This document shows positions 47,419 through 57,954 of a DNA stretch of 64,000 bases, piece by piece. This DNA comes from Candidatus Woesearchaeota archaeon (GTDB lineage: Archaea; Nanobdellota; Nanobdellia; Woesearchaeales; GW2011-AR4): positions 17,031-81,030 of the forward strand of contig JACPJP010000012.1 in the NCBI GenBank assembly GCA_016187495.1. The letters are read 5' to 3'. Under the pieces are notes generated by a model that made no database searches, was not told the DNA's origin, and saw nothing but the letters and a program-made list of their open reading frames with translations. The translations under genes were made by a program, and so were the position numbers. Position 1 is the first letter of the stretch, and the number at the start of each line of letters is the position of its first letter.

Positions 47419-48585
47419 CTTGTCTGCTATTCCCCAATCATCTTCCAGCATTAAAGAATCTATAAAGAATTTTGCAGCCCAGTTCGGATAGCAGAAGGGA
47501 GCGTACCAGCCATATATCGGGAAAGCGCCCTTTATGCCACCCCTTATGCCTTTATTTAAGGATTTTATGTCTTGAGCAGATTTCATATATTGATTTGTTT
47601 TTTTTGCAGCATCAAAATAGGTTTTTTCTTTGGTAAGATAATATAACCTGAGCCATATTATCGAGGTTTGCGAGTTTCCGGTCAGGCAGCTCCACGATAC
47701 AGAACTTTTCCAGTCTTTGTCAAAGCTTCCTGGCAATGAACTATTTTTTCTTTGCTTTTTTAATAAGGTATCTGCAGCTCTTTTTGCAGCGTTAATATAT
47801 TTTTTATTTTTTAGATTTATACCTACTTCAAGAATTCCTTGCATTGAATATGCGATTGTATGCAGCAAAGGCTCTTGCTTTTCATGGAATGCATTATGCT
47901 TAAACCAGCCATTCTCCTGCTGCTTTAATGCCCATTCTATGTTTTTTATTGCAGCTTTTTTGTATTTGATGTTTTTTGTTATTTCATTCACTTTTAATAA
48001 TGCCCATGCAGTCCTTGTATTGTATGTGTGCACTTGGTTAAGGTAGGTAAATTTGTCCCAGCAGCCGTTCTTGTTTTGTATTTTTACAAGCCAGTTTGCG
48101 GCCTTAATTGAGGCATTTTTGTATTTTTCATTTTTTGTTTCCTGATATGCCCTAACCATTCCAAATATTACTTGGCCAGTGTTGAATACTATTGGCAGTT
48201 CTTTTCCATTTTTTTCTCCGCCTGGGAAAGCACCTTCTTCTAATTGCTTTGTAAGCTCCCAGTCTGCCATCCTAATTGCGCTTTCTTTGATTTTTTCGCC
48301 TTTAGCCTTATGATAATAATTGAACATAGTCGGGATTATGTAGCCGGTGGTTTCAGAATAAGATGAATGCCAGCCCTGATACAGTGAATACATTGCAGAA
48401 ACTCCACCATCATTGTTGGCTTTTTGGGCATTGAGTAGCCAATTAATAGCTGCCTTTATGTGCATCTCATTGCTGTAATCCTTATTTTTAAAATTTAGCG
48501 AGTCTTTTATTGCTTCTTTTAATAGGTAATAAGGAGAGCCTTTTGTTATTAATGATACAAAATACTTTAGATATTTTGATGCCAT
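47410..48585 (-). CDS. Alpha/alpha-toroid protein (squalene-cyclase/prenyltransferase-like repeats), function unknown
   Basis: Repeated A..WL...Q..G.W motifs; YSETTGY, FNTGQV and NWAAKFF. Confidence 0.7.
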   Translation of the reverse strand: MASKYLKYFVSLITKGSPYYLLKEAIKDSLNFKNKDYSNEMHIKAAINWLLNAQKANNDGGVSAMYSLYQGWHSSYSETTGYIIPTMFNYYHKAKGEKIKESAIRMADWELTKQLEEGAFPGGEKNGKELPIVFNTGQVIFGMVRAYQETKNEKYKNASIKAANWLVKIQNKNGCWDKFTYLNQVHTYNTRTAWALLKVNEITKNIKYKKAAIKNIEWALKQQENGWFKHNAFHEKQEPLLHTIAYSMQGILEVGINLKNKKYINAAKRAADTLLKKQRKNSSLPGSFDKDWKSSVSWSCLTGNSQTSIIWLRLYYLTKEKTYFDAAKKTNQYMKSAQDIKSLNKGIRGGIKGAFPIYGWYAPFCYPNWAAKFFIDSLMLEDDWGIADKLS

Positions 48586-48586
48586 G

Positions 48587-49447
48587 CTAATTACCTTTCT
48601 TTTTGGCTAAAACTATAATCCTTTCACCTTTTTCTCCCGAAAACGGTTTATAGTTATTCATGCCGAAAAGCATGAGGAAAAACATCATAAGGTAACTTTT
48701 ATGAATCTCGGAATAAGAGCCTAATTTCAATATATTGTAGCCGCTTCTTTCGAACAATTTTCGCATCGAATCTAATGTAAAACTATAAATATGGGGGTGA
48801 TAATTCAAAGAATTATGTAAAATTTTCTTATTCTCGCAGTTAGGAACTTCCAGAAATATTATACCGCCTCTGTTCAAGTTATTTTTTATTTTTTTTAGAA
48901 ATAAGTCTGGCCTTATAAGATGCTCAAAGACGTGGCACAGGTAGATCACACCGAATTTTTCCGTTATCTTTACCTTTTCAACCAAACCGTTAATGCACAC
49001 TTCTTTTTTGAATAATTTGTTGACAATTTTTGTGTTGTTCTTGTCTGGCTCGATGCCTCTAACATCAAACCCCATTTTCGAGAAAAACAGCATGAAATCT
49101 CCCTTTGCGCATCCTATATCCAGCAACTTTTCCGATTTTGATGGAGAGGCACATTTCTTTATCACATTATAGTGCCACACCTGCTGCAACGGCTCTGTTT
49201 TAACCTTTCTTAAGATTTTTATTATTATGTTCAGGAACTTTCTTTTCTCATCCCACCTTCTCCTTATTGTGTTCCAATAGGTTTTTTTATAATACTCATC
49301 GCATTTTCTTTCCATTCCTTTATCATCGGAGTAGAAGAAGCATAATCCGCATTTATTGCACCTGTAAACTGGGCACTCAAGGAAAGATTTTTTCTGATAT
49401 ATCCTTATATTCTTATCTGAGCCGCATGAAATGCAGGTTTTTGCCAT
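48587..49447 (-). CDS. Class I SAM methyltransferase with N-terminal Zn ribbon
   Basis: CISC..CNKC, LLDIGCAKG, HVFEH and EVPN motifs. Confidence 0.87.
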   Translation of the reverse strand: MAKTCISCGSDKNIRIYQKKSFLECPVYRCNKCGLCFFYSDDKGMERKCDEYYKKTYWNTIRRRWDEKRKFLNIIIKILRKVKTEPLQQVWHYNVIKKCASPSKSEKLLDIGCAKGDFMLFFSKMGFDVRGIEPDKNNTKIVNKLFKKEVCINGLVEKVKITEKFGVIYLCHVFEHLIRPDLFLKKIKNNLNRGGIIFLEVPNCENKKILHNSLNYHPHIYSFTLDSMRKLFERSGYNILKLGSYSEIHKSYLMMFFLMLFGMNNYKPFSGEKGERIIVLAKKKGN

Positions 49448-49486
49448 TTCCAGAAGTACTGAAATTATTTTTATAAATCTTTGTGT

Positions 49487-50758
49487 TTAATGTCTTCCTA
49501 CGCCATGGTATAAAATTCCCATGTTTTTTATCTTTTCCTTATCCAGGCGATTCCTTCCATCTATCACAATCTTAATATCGTTTTCTTTTAATTTACTTAG
49601 GTCCATATTTCTGAATTCATTATGGTCTGTTGCAAGAATTAGATAATCAGATTTTTCCAAAAGCTCATTCAAATCCTTAACATTTGATTGTTTTTTAACA
49701 TAAGGATCAAAAACAAAGATGTCAGCTTTCATGCTTTTAAGTATGTCAATTATCTTTAATGCGGGACTTTCCCTTACATCATCGACATTTGCTTTGTATG
49801 CCAATCCAAGCACCCCAACTTTCGCATTTTCAATCTTTTTATTGATTTTTTTCAATTCCTGCTCAAGAAGCTCTATTGTATATGATGGCATGCTTTCATT
49901 TATTTCCCTGGCCAATGACAGGAATCTATGATTAAAACCCAATTGTTTTGCTTTAGATATAAGGTAATAAGGATCTACGGCGATGCAGTGCCCACCCACC
50001 CCAGCACCAGGATAATGAGGCATAAAAGAAAATGGCTTTGTGGATGCTGCCTTAATCACTTCAGTTATATCTATCCCAGCCTTGTCAAAGCTCTTTGCCA
50101 TCTCATTTACAAACGCTATGTTTATGTCCCTAAATGTGTTTTCCATTATTTTAGTGGCTTCCGCAGCTTTAACTGAGCCAAGCTCTGTTATTTCAGCATC
50201 AATAATATCCCTATAGAATTCTGCTGCCTTTTTTGTTGATTCCTTGTCTATGCCTGCGACAACCCTAGGAATGTTTTTTATTGTAAATTTTTTATTTCCC
50301 GGGTCTATCCTTTCTGGGCAGTGGGCAAGATAGAAACTTACATTTGATTTTTTCAGTATCGGAACGACGATTTCTTCTACTGTTCCGGGAAATATTGTTG
50401 ACTCTACGACTACAATCGCGTCCTTTTGAAGACCTTTTGAAATGCCCTCGCATGCACTTTTCAGGGCACTCAGCTCAGGCATGTGATTTTTGTCTACTGG
50501 CGTAGGGACGCACACTATTATGGCTGAAGATTTTTTTGCGGCGTCTGCTATGCTATTTGTGAGATTTATCTTCCCCTTTATATTACTGATTTCCTTATTT
50601 AGATAGGGGTCATCAATCGGGCTTATGCCCTTACCTATTAATTCCAGCTTTTTGCCATCTGCATCTGCCCCATAAACATCCATGCCTTTTTCTATGCACA
50701 AGCAGGCTACTGGCAGGCCCACATACCCCAGACCTATAACTGCAACAGTTCTTTTCAT
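49487..50758 (-). CDS. UDP-N-acetylhexosamine 6-dehydrogenase (WecC/WbpA family)
   Basis: GLGYVGLP, CVPTP, PERIDPG, GVGGHC and YKANVDDVRESP motifs. Confidence 0.92.
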   Translation of the reverse strand: MKRTVAVIGLGYVGLPVACLCIEKGMDVYGADADGKKLELIGKGISPIDDPYLNKEISNIKGKINLTNSIADAAKKSSAIIVCVPTPVDKNHMPELSALKSACEGISKGLQKDAIVVVESTIFPGTVEEIVVPILKKSNVSFYLAHCPERIDPGNKKFTIKNIPRVVAGIDKESTKKAAEFYRDIIDAEITELGSVKAAEATKIMENTFRDINIAFVNEMAKSFDKAGIDITEVIKAASTKPFSFMPHYPGAGVGGHCIAVDPYYLISKAKQLGFNHRFLSLAREINESMPSYTIELLEQELKKINKKIENAKVGVLGLAYKANVDDVRESPALKIIDILKSMKADIFVFDPYVKKQSNVKDLNELLEKSDYLILATDHNEFRNMDLSKLKENDIKIVIDGRNRLDKEKIKNMGILYHGVGRH

Positions 50759-50889
50759 ACCATGCTAAAAGATTATACCTCTGATTAAAAGCCTTTCGCC
50801 TCTATTTATAAAATCAGTAAACTTTTTAAACCTGCTAGCATGAGCTATGATGATAAAAACCAGATAAAAAGTAGGTTTAGGGGCGGATA

Positions 50890-52083
50890 ATGGGGAATAA
50901 TACAAATTATGAATTTGATGTGGCTATAGTTGGCGGACTGGGTCATGTCGGACTACCTTTGGGAGTAGTTTTTGCAAATAAAGGGCTTAAAGTCTGTTTA
51001 TGCGATATTGATAAGAAAACAGCAGATATTGTCAAAAAAGGCAAAATGCCTTTTATTGAGTATGGTGCTGAGCCTATACTGAAGAAAGTTTTGCAAAACG
51101 GCAATTTAACAATTTCGCTTGATGACCATTTTATTTCAAAAGCAAAAAATGTCATTGTGGCTATAGGGACGCCTGTTGATGAGTATTTAAACCCAAAGAC
51201 AAGGCAATTTCTTGAGTTCTTTGGAGGCATCAAGAAAAATTTGCGTAAGGACCAGCTTATTGTAATAAGAAGCACAGTTTATCCGCATACATGCAAACAG
51301 GTGCTTAATTTGCTGGGAGAAGGATGGAAAGTTGCTTATTGTCCTGAGCGCATTGTACAGGGTTATGCAATAAAGGAATTAAAAGAGCTGCCACAGATTG
51401 CGGCGGGCTTAAGCGACAAAGCGGTTGAGGAAGCTTCTGAACTGTTTAGCAAAATAGCACCAAACATAATAAAGACAGCAATGGGAGAAGCAGAGCTTGT
51501 AAAGCTTTTTTCCAATGCGTGGCGATACATACAGTTTGCTGTAGCAAACCAGTTCTACATGATAGCCAATAATTTTGATGTTGATTACGAAAAGGTAAGG
51601 CATGTCATGAGAGAAGGCTACGAGAGAGCACATTCATTGCCCAGCGCAGGCTTTGCAGCTGGTCCGTGCCTGCTTAAGGATACTATGCAGCTAAGCGCTT
51701 TCAACAGCAACAATTTTCTTCTAGGTCATGCTGCAATGATGATTAATGAAGGATTACCAAATTTTATTGTGGATCGCTTAAGGAAGAAATACGATTTAGG
51801 AAAGACAAAAGTAGGAATTTTGGGCATGGCTTTTAAGGCAGATATAGATGATGTCCGAGACTCTTTATCATTCAAACTTGGGAAAATACTCAGGTTTCAT
51901 GGAGCTGGGGTTTATTACTCAGATGAGTATTCAAAAAACCCGAATTTTGTCTCAAAGGAGGAATTAATCAGGCAAAGTGAGGTCATTATTGTTGCTGTAC
52001 CGCATTCTGCATATAAGGGCATGAAAATTCCCAATAACAAGGAAGTTGTTGACCTTTGGAATGTAACCAAGAAAAAAAAATAA
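50890..52083 (+). CDS. Nucleotide-sugar dehydrogenase (third paralog)
   Basis: GGLGHVGLP, RSTVYP, CPER, AAGPCLLKD and FKADIDDVR motifs. Confidence 0.9.
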   Translation: MGNNTNYEFDVAIVGGLGHVGLPLGVVFANKGLKVCLCDIDKKTADIVKKGKMPFIEYGAEPILKKVLQNGNLTISLDDHFISKAKNVIVAIGTPVDEYLNPKTRQFLEFFGGIKKNLRKDQLIVIRSTVYPHTCKQVLNLLGEGWKVAYCPERIVQGYAIKELKELPQIAAGLSDKAVEEASELFSKIAPNIIKTAMGEAELVKLFSNAWRYIQFAVANQFYMIANNFDVDYEKVRHVMREGYERAHSLPSAGFAAGPCLLKDTMQLSAFNSNNFLLGHAAMMINEGLPNFIVDRLRKKYDLGKTKVGILGMAFKADIDDVRDSLSFKLGKILRFHGAGVYYSDEYSKNPNFVSKEELIRQSEVIIVAVPHSAYKGMKIPNNKEVVDLWNVTKKKK

Positions 52084-52104
52084 TTTTATCTTTATCTTGC
52101 TCAT

Positions 52105-52872
52105 ATGAAATACAAAAACATACTTTTGACCGGAGCATCCGGTAAACTAGGGAAAGCAATAGCAACTTTCCATATTTTTCCTTCTCTCTTGACTCCATCA
52201 AGGGAAATACTTGATATAACTCAACAGGATACAATCAAGAAGTTCTTTGATAATAACAATTTTGATGCAGTTGTTCATTGCGCGGCCCTGGCGAGGATGA
52301 GGGAATGTGAGGAAAACCCTACAAAAGCGATAGAGACAAATATTATTGGGACGAGTAATCTAGTTAATGCAGTTATTAGCAAGGAAAGGAAATCAGGAAA
52401 AAAAATAAGGTTTGTACATATATCCACGGATGGCGTTTACCCGGGAATAAAAGGGAATTACTCTGAAAAAGATGAAACCGTGCCTTACAACACCTACGGC
52501 TGGACAAAGCTCGGCGCTGAATGTGCTGCGAATTCGCTTTCAAATTTTTGCATAATAAGGACGAGCTTTTTTGATCCTGAGAACATAAAGTTTGATGATG
52601 CATCTACTGATGCTTATTCTTCTAAAGCTCCAATTAGTTATGTTGTCAAAGCGATCTTAACATTACTAAATAGCAGTTTTATAGGCACAATAAATGTCGG
52701 AAGGGAAAGAAGGACTGATTATGAGCACTACAAGGAATTTAAGCCTAAAATTAAGAAATGCAAGCTATTAGATATAAAAAAAACAATATCATTTAGGATG
52801 TACAAAGACGCTTCAATGGATATAAGCCTGTGGAAGAAAATAGAAAAGAAAAATGAAACAAACAAAAAATAA
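52105..52872 (+). CDS. RmlD-like NDP-4-keto-sugar reductase
   Basis: TGASGKLG, HCAA, ISTDGVY and YGWTK motifs. Confidence 0.85.
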   Translation: MKYKNILLTGASGKLGKAIATFHIFPSLLTPSREILDITQQDTIKKFFDNNNFDAVVHCAALARMRECEENPTKAIETNIIGTSNLVNAVISKERKSGKKIRFVHISTDGVYPGIKGNYSEKDETVPYNTYGWTKLGAECAANSLSNFCIIRTSFFDPENIKFDDASTDAYSSKAPISYVVKAILTLLNSSFIGTINVGRERRTDYEHYKEFKPKIKKCKLLDIKKTISFRMYKDASMDISLWKKIEKKNETNKK

Positions 52873-53632
52873 AATAAAGTTATCTGTCATAGTCCCTGTG
52901 CTTAATGAGGGCACTAATCTTAGGATGCTCTTACCCATACTAAATGGGGTGATCCATGTCGCGCATGAAGTTCTTATTGTTCACGACATTCCAAATGATG
53001 ATAGCATTCCTGTAGTAAAGACTATGCAGAGGGACTACCCAAGGCTAAGATTAGTTCATAACCGATTAGGGAGAGGCGTTATAAACGCCATTAAGTCTGG
53101 TGCAAATAATGCCATGGGCGATTACGCCCTCATAATAGCAGCAGACGACTTCGGCTCCATATTTGCCATAAACGATATGGTCTCTTTAATGGATGACGGT
53201 TGCGATTTAGTTAATGGAACAAGGTATGCTTATGGAGGTAAGAATATAACTGGTTCTTTGACCAGTAAACTTCTTTCTATAATTGCAAATAAATTATTCT
53301 ACACATTATCCGGGTCGGCATTAACAGACCCTACCCTCGGCGTTAAGATATTCAAGCATTCGAAATTTAATGAGATAAATCTTGAGTCAAAGCCGGTTGG
53401 GTGGGCAGTATCCTTCGAATTTGCTATCAAGGCCCAACTTGCTGGATGGAAGCTTGGTGAAGTACCGTTAATCTCTTTAAATAGGATTTACGGGGGGAAA
53501 TCCAGCTTTAAGCTAGGATCATGGTTAGCAGAGTACACAAAATGGTTTTTGTGGGGTTTGACAAGACTCCCCCACCTAAAAATGAAAAAGAAAGTGTCAC
53601 TTAGGATACCATTCAACATAAAACAAAAATAA
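52853..53632 (+). CDS. GT2, DPM1-like polyprenol-phosphate glycosyltransferase
   Basis: SVIVPVLNE, DLVNGTRY..GG, TDPT and EVP..RIYGGKS motifs. Confidence 0.85.
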   Translation: MKQTKNKIKLSVIVPVLNEGTNLRMLLPILNGVIHVAHEVLIVHDIPNDDSIPVVKTMQRDYPRLRLVHNRLGRGVINAIKSGANNAMGDYALIIAADDFGSIFAINDMVSLMDDGCDLVNGTRYAYGGKNITGSLTSKLLSIIANKLFYTLSGSALTDPTLGVKIFKHSKFNEINLESKPVGWAVSFEFAIKAQLAGWKLGEVPLISLNRIYGGKSSFKLGSWLAEYTKWFLWGLTRLPHLKMKKKVSLRIPFNIKQK

Positions 53633-53659
53633 GATGAAAATAACATAATTAACCAACAA

Positions 53660-54379
53660 TTATTTTTCCCCTTTTGATATAAGAAATGACCCGTAGTATC
53701 TTGCAAAAGGAGTTTTGTCTATTGCCCATTCAATGATATTATAAGCAGGCAAAAAAAGTTTCCCTATATTGCTTTTGACATATTTAAACCCTACATCCGA
53801 AATGCCGCGTACAATCACATCATGAAACCCAGCTTTTATTAATACCTTGTGAATCTCCTCTACAGTCAACAATCTTTCATTCTTGGTTTTGCCCTTTGTA
53901 GAATGTATTGGGGACTTTCTATCCCGGTACATCCACATTATAGGGTTCTTTTTATTTGGATCATAGGCAAAGACCCTTCCACCCTTCCTTAAAACCCTAT
54001 ATGCTTCTTTAACAGTAACTGAAAAATCCTGAAAATGATGTAAAACACCGGAGAAAACGACTATATCTACGCTATTGCTTCTTAAGCCGGTTTTTTCAAT
54101 ATCCCTTATCCCGAATTTTATACCTTTATACTTTTTTCTTGCATACTCTATACATCCTTTAGATATATCGATACCCCTTATTTTAAGCCTGAACCTCCTG
54201 AGCTTACTGGTAAAAGCTCCCGTGCCACAACCAAAATCAATTGCAATCTCCCCTGGCATGGGATTAACAAGCGTTTGAAACTCATGTAATATCCTATTGT
54301 AACCCCTCTTAGCGAATACGTCATAGCCATCGCTTTCAAAGCTGTCAAAAAAACTTATTTCCTCCCGTTTATCCTGCAT
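53660..54379 (-). CDS. Class I SAM methyltransferase
   Basis: DFGCGTG, GIDIS, GVLHH and RVLRKGG motifs. Confidence 0.88.
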   Translation of the reverse strand: MQDKREEISFFDSFESDGYDVFAKRGYNRILHEFQTLVNPMPGEIAIDFGCGTGAFTSKLRRFRLKIRGIDISKGCIEYARKKYKGIKFGIRDIEKTGLRSNSVDIVVFSGVLHHFQDFSVTVKEAYRVLRKGGRVFAYDPNKKNPIMWMYRDRKSPIHSTKGKTKNERLLTVEEIHKVLIKAGFHDVIVRGISDVGFKYVKSNIGKLFLPAYNIIEWAIDKTPFARYYGSFLISKGEK

Positions 54380-54506
54380 TTTATAGATGGCCAACAAAGG
54401 GATAATATTTAAATATTGTGTCAGATTCTATCGAAAGCATGGACGTTTTAAGTTGGGGTAAAGTACATTCTTTATTGTATTTTATAGGTTATTATTATAA
54501 TAAAAA

Positions 54507-55496
54507 ATGAAAAATAAAAAATATTTGATTACTGGCGGAACAGGATTCATAGGCTCTGCACTGGTAAAGCGATTGGTTAAAGATGGATATGCCATTAGGG
54601 TTTTGGACAATGATATTAGGGGAGCTAAAGATCGCTTGAAAGATGTTTATGATAAAATCGAATTTATAGGGGCAGATATAAGAGATGCCAATGCAGTAAG
54701 AAAGGCATGTGCTGGCATGGATAGTGTAACACATCTTGCTTATATAAACGGTACGGAGTATTTCTATAAAATGCCAGAGCTGGTATTGGAAGTCGGTGTT
54801 AAGGGAATTATGAATGTTATAGATGGCTGCATCAAGGAGAATGTAAAAGAGCTGATATTGGCATCAAGCTCAGAAGTTTATCAGACAGCCGAAAAAATAC
54901 CAACTGATGAAACTGCTTCCTTGGCAATTCCAGATCCTGTAAATCCAAGATATTCCTACGGCGCTGGAAAGATAATAAGTGAGCTATTGGCCTTAAATTA
55001 TGGCAGGAAACATTTTAACCGCGTGCTTATATTCAGGCCGCATAATATTTACGGTCCTGATATGGGGTGGGAGCATGTAGTACCTCAGTTTGTTTTAAGA
55101 ATGAAAGAACTGAGCAAAAGCAAGGACAGAAATATAAAATTCCCGATACAAGGCACTGGAAAGCAGACGAGGGCTTTTTGCTTTATCGATGATTTTATCA
55201 ATGGATTGATGCTTGTGCTGGAAAGAGGAGAGCATATGAACATTTATAACATAGGAACAATGGAGGAAATGTCTATAGAAAAGGTTGCTGAAGAAGTAGG
55301 AAAATATTTTGGCAAAAAAGTTGAGATAGCTCCAGAAAAGCCTGCAGAAGGAAGCACATTGAGGAGATGCCCAGACATAGCAAAATTAGAAAAGCTCGGC
55401 TACAAGCCAAAAATCTCGTTTAAAGAAGGTTTGAGGGTTACAGCAGAATGGTATGATAAAAATTCAGATAAAATCAAAAAAATAAAGGTAAAATAA
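54507..55496 (+). CDS. NAD-dependent sugar epimerase/dehydratase
   Basis: TGGTGFIG, SSSEVY, YSYGAGK and RPHNIYGP motifs. Confidence 0.9.
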   Translation: MKNKKYLITGGTGFIGSALVKRLVKDGYAIRVLDNDIRGAKDRLKDVYDKIEFIGADIRDANAVRKACAGMDSVTHLAYINGTEYFYKMPELVLEVGVKGIMNVIDGCIKENVKELILASSSEVYQTAEKIPTDETASLAIPDPVNPRYSYGAGKIISELLALNYGRKHFNRVLIFRPHNIYGPDMGWEHVVPQFVLRMKELSKSKDRNIKFPIQGTGKQTRAFCFIDDFINGLMLVLERGEHMNIYNIGTMEEMSIEKVAEEVGKYFGKKVEIAPEKPAEGSTLRRCPDIAKLEKLGYKPKISFKEGLRVTAEWYDKNSDKIKKIKVK

Positions 55497-55566
55497 ACAG
55501 AACAATGAAAGAAACAATAAAAATCTCTGATTTTCATGAAATCCCTAACATCAATTATATTTTAAA

Positions 55567-56799
55567 ATGAAAACAAGCAAAGTTGTGGAAAAATGTCAAA
55601 TATGCGGCAATGAAAAGCTGGAGCCAATACTATTTCTAGGGTATCTCCCCCCAGTAAACCAAATGCATAAGGTGGGGGAGAAACCGCATGAGCAACCCAG
55701 CTATCCTGCGCAATTGCTATATTGCGAAAAATGCCATCTCGTCCAATTGGGGTTAATTGTAAATCCAAAGATATTATTTCCTCCAGAATACCCGTACACG
55801 AGCAGCACGACAAAAATATTGAGGGAGAATTTCGCAGAGCTTTATAAGGAATGCAAAACTATCATTAATTTGGGCAAAGACGACTTGGTCATTGATATTG
55901 GCAGTAATGACGGCAATTTGTTGAGCAATTATAAGGATAACCATAAAGTGCTTGGCATTACGCCAGAAGAGATAGGAAAAATAGCTATAGAAAGAGGCAT
56001 ACAGACAATAATTGATTATTTCAGCAAAGATGTTGTTGAAAAAGTGAAAAAAGAGCATGGAAAGGCTAAAATTATTACAGCTACAAATGTTTTTGCCCAC
56101 ATAGATAATATAAATGAAATCACAAAATTAATTTTGGAATTATTGGAAAATGACGGGGTTTTTATTTCAGAATCGCATTATTTATTGAAACTTATAGAGA
56201 CATTGCAGTATGATACAATATACCATGAGCATTTGAGATATTATTCTTTACATAGCCTTAAGTACTTGCTAGAAATGCATGGCTTTGAGATAATACATGC
56301 AAAAGAAATTCCAACTCATGGGGGCTCAATAAGGGTTTATGCTGCCAGGAAAGGCAAGTATAAAGTAAAGGATACTGTCGGGAAACAGCTTGATAGGGAA
56401 AAAAATACTGTCTTGAGCAAGGAAAAGCTTTTGGAATTTAAGAACGGGGTTGTTATTTCAAAATTGGAGCTGTATTCCTTAATGAAAGATATTATAAAGC
56501 AAAACAAAAAAATTTATGGCATAGGAGCGCCGTCAAGAGCAAGCACATTGATTAATTATGCTGGCATTGATGAAGGCATAATGAATTATGTTATGGAAGC
56601 CAAGGGATCGCATAAGATTGGGAGATATATGCCGGGCACATTGATTCCTATTGTTGATGAGTCAAGATTGTATGAGGACCAGCCGGATTACGCATTATTG
56701 CTGTCATGGCATATTGCAGAAGAGCTCGCGCCTAAGATTAGGGAAAAAGGATTTAAAGGGGATTTTATCGTGCCTTTGCCAAAGCCACGCATATTATGA
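55567..56799 (+). CDS. NDP-sugar C-methyltransferase (Zn ribbon + MT + C-terminal domain)
   Basis: CQICG..CEKCHLVQL, DIGSNDG, NVFAH, DTIYHEH, HGGS, GAPSRA and LLLSWH motifs. Confidence 0.9.
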   Translation: MKTSKVVEKCQICGNEKLEPILFLGYLPPVNQMHKVGEKPHEQPSYPAQLLYCEKCHLVQLGLIVNPKILFPPEYPYTSSTTKILRENFAELYKECKTIINLGKDDLVIDIGSNDGNLLSNYKDNHKVLGITPEEIGKIAIERGIQTIIDYFSKDVVEKVKKEHGKAKIITATNVFAHIDNINEITKLILELLENDGVFISESHYLLKLIETLQYDTIYHEHLRYYSLHSLKYLLEMHGFEIIHAKEIPTHGGSIRVYAARKGKYKVKDTVGKQLDREKNTVLSKEKLLEFKNGVVISKLELYSLMKDIIKQNKKIYGIGAPSRASTLINYAGIDEGIMNYVMEAKGSHKIGRYMPGTLIPIVDESRLYEDQPDYALLLSWHIAEELAPKIREKGFKGDFIVPLPKPRIL

Positions 56800-56838
56800 T
56801 ATTATAATATCCTAATATACATGTAAGAATAAATTAAA

Positions 56839-57909
56839 ATGAAAATTGCAGTTGTTGGAGGAGGAATTTTTGGAGTGTCAGTAGCATGGCTGCTAGCAAA
56901 AAATAACTACTCTGTAGATTTGTATGAAAAAGAAAGAGACATCCTTTTGGCTGCTTCCGGAATAAACCAATACAGGCTACATCGGGGATACCATTACCCC
57001 AGAAGCAAAGAAACAGCCTTGCTGTCCATTGAAGGCGAAAAAAGTTTTAGGAGAGAATACAATAAGGCGTTATTTGGAGACAAACTTGAGCATTACTATA
57101 GCATTGCAAAAAGGAACAGCTTTGTCACTGCAGATCAATGCCTGAAATTCTGGGACAGCTGTAATCTTAAATACGAGAAGGTCAATCTGGACCTAATTAA
57201 TAAGGAAAAAGTTGAAGTGAATGTTAAAGTAGAAGAAGATATTTTTGATCCTGAAGCTTTAAGGAAAATATGCTGGGACAAGCTTAAGATGTATAAGGTT
57301 AACGTTATGTTGAATACTAAGGCAAAAGAAAGCGATCTGGAGAATTATGATTTAACTATTATTGCAACTTATTCCTTAAATAACTCCTTATTGCATAACT
57401 ATCCTTATGCCCAGCGAGAGTATCAATTTGAATTATGCGAAAAACCAGTTTTAAAGCTACCAGAGAAATTCAATAACAAAAGCTTTGTTGTGATAGATGG
57501 ACCATTTATGTGCATTGCCCCTTTTGGGAGATCTGGGATGTTTGTGATGGGCCATGTTGTTCACGCACTGCACCACATATCGGTAGGGAAATTGCCCGAG
57601 GTACCACAAGAATATAGGGGATTAATGAATAAGGGCGTAGTGAAAAACCCCACGATAACAAATATAGAAAAATTTATTGAATCCGGCAGTGAATTCTTCC
57701 CAGATTTAAAGTTCGCAGAACATGTAGGATCTATGTTTACAGTTAGAACTGTCCCCCCTTACAGGGAATATGATGATGCACGCCCGACTTTTGTTGAAAA
57801 AGTAAGCGAGAAGGTGGTATCTGTATTTTCGGGGAAAATCGGTACATGCATTGATGTTGCAGAGCAGGTTATTAGAATAGCCAACAACATCAACAAAGGG
57901 GGTAATTGA
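56839..57909 (+). CDS. FAD-dependent oxidoreductase (DAO-like), sugar-modification locus
   Basis: VVGGGIFG, ASGINQYRLHRGYHYPRS, DGPF and SGKI motifs. Confidence 0.85.
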   Translation: MKIAVVGGGIFGVSVAWLLAKNNYSVDLYEKERDILLAASGINQYRLHRGYHYPRSKETALLSIEGEKSFRREYNKALFGDKLEHYYSIAKRNSFVTADQCLKFWDSCNLKYEKVNLDLINKEKVEVNVKVEEDIFDPEALRKICWDKLKMYKVNVMLNTKAKESDLENYDLTIIATYSLNNSLLHNYPYAQREYQFELCEKPVLKLPEKFNNKSFVVIDGPFMCIAPFGRSGMFVMGHVVHALHHISVGKLPEVPQEYRGLMNKGVVKNPTITNIEKFIESGSEFFPDLKFAEHVGSMFTVRTVPPYREYDDARPTFVEKVSEKVVSVFSGKIGTCIDVAEQVIRIANNINKGGN

Positions 57910-57954
57910 TGCGCTTGATTATTATGCTAAAGGTATGGAGGTTTTTGAAGCGAA

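Noticed and set aside
47410-48585. Squalene-hopene cyclase
   Set aside because: It is a single ~390-aa toroid with no DXDD motif and no isoprenoid context.
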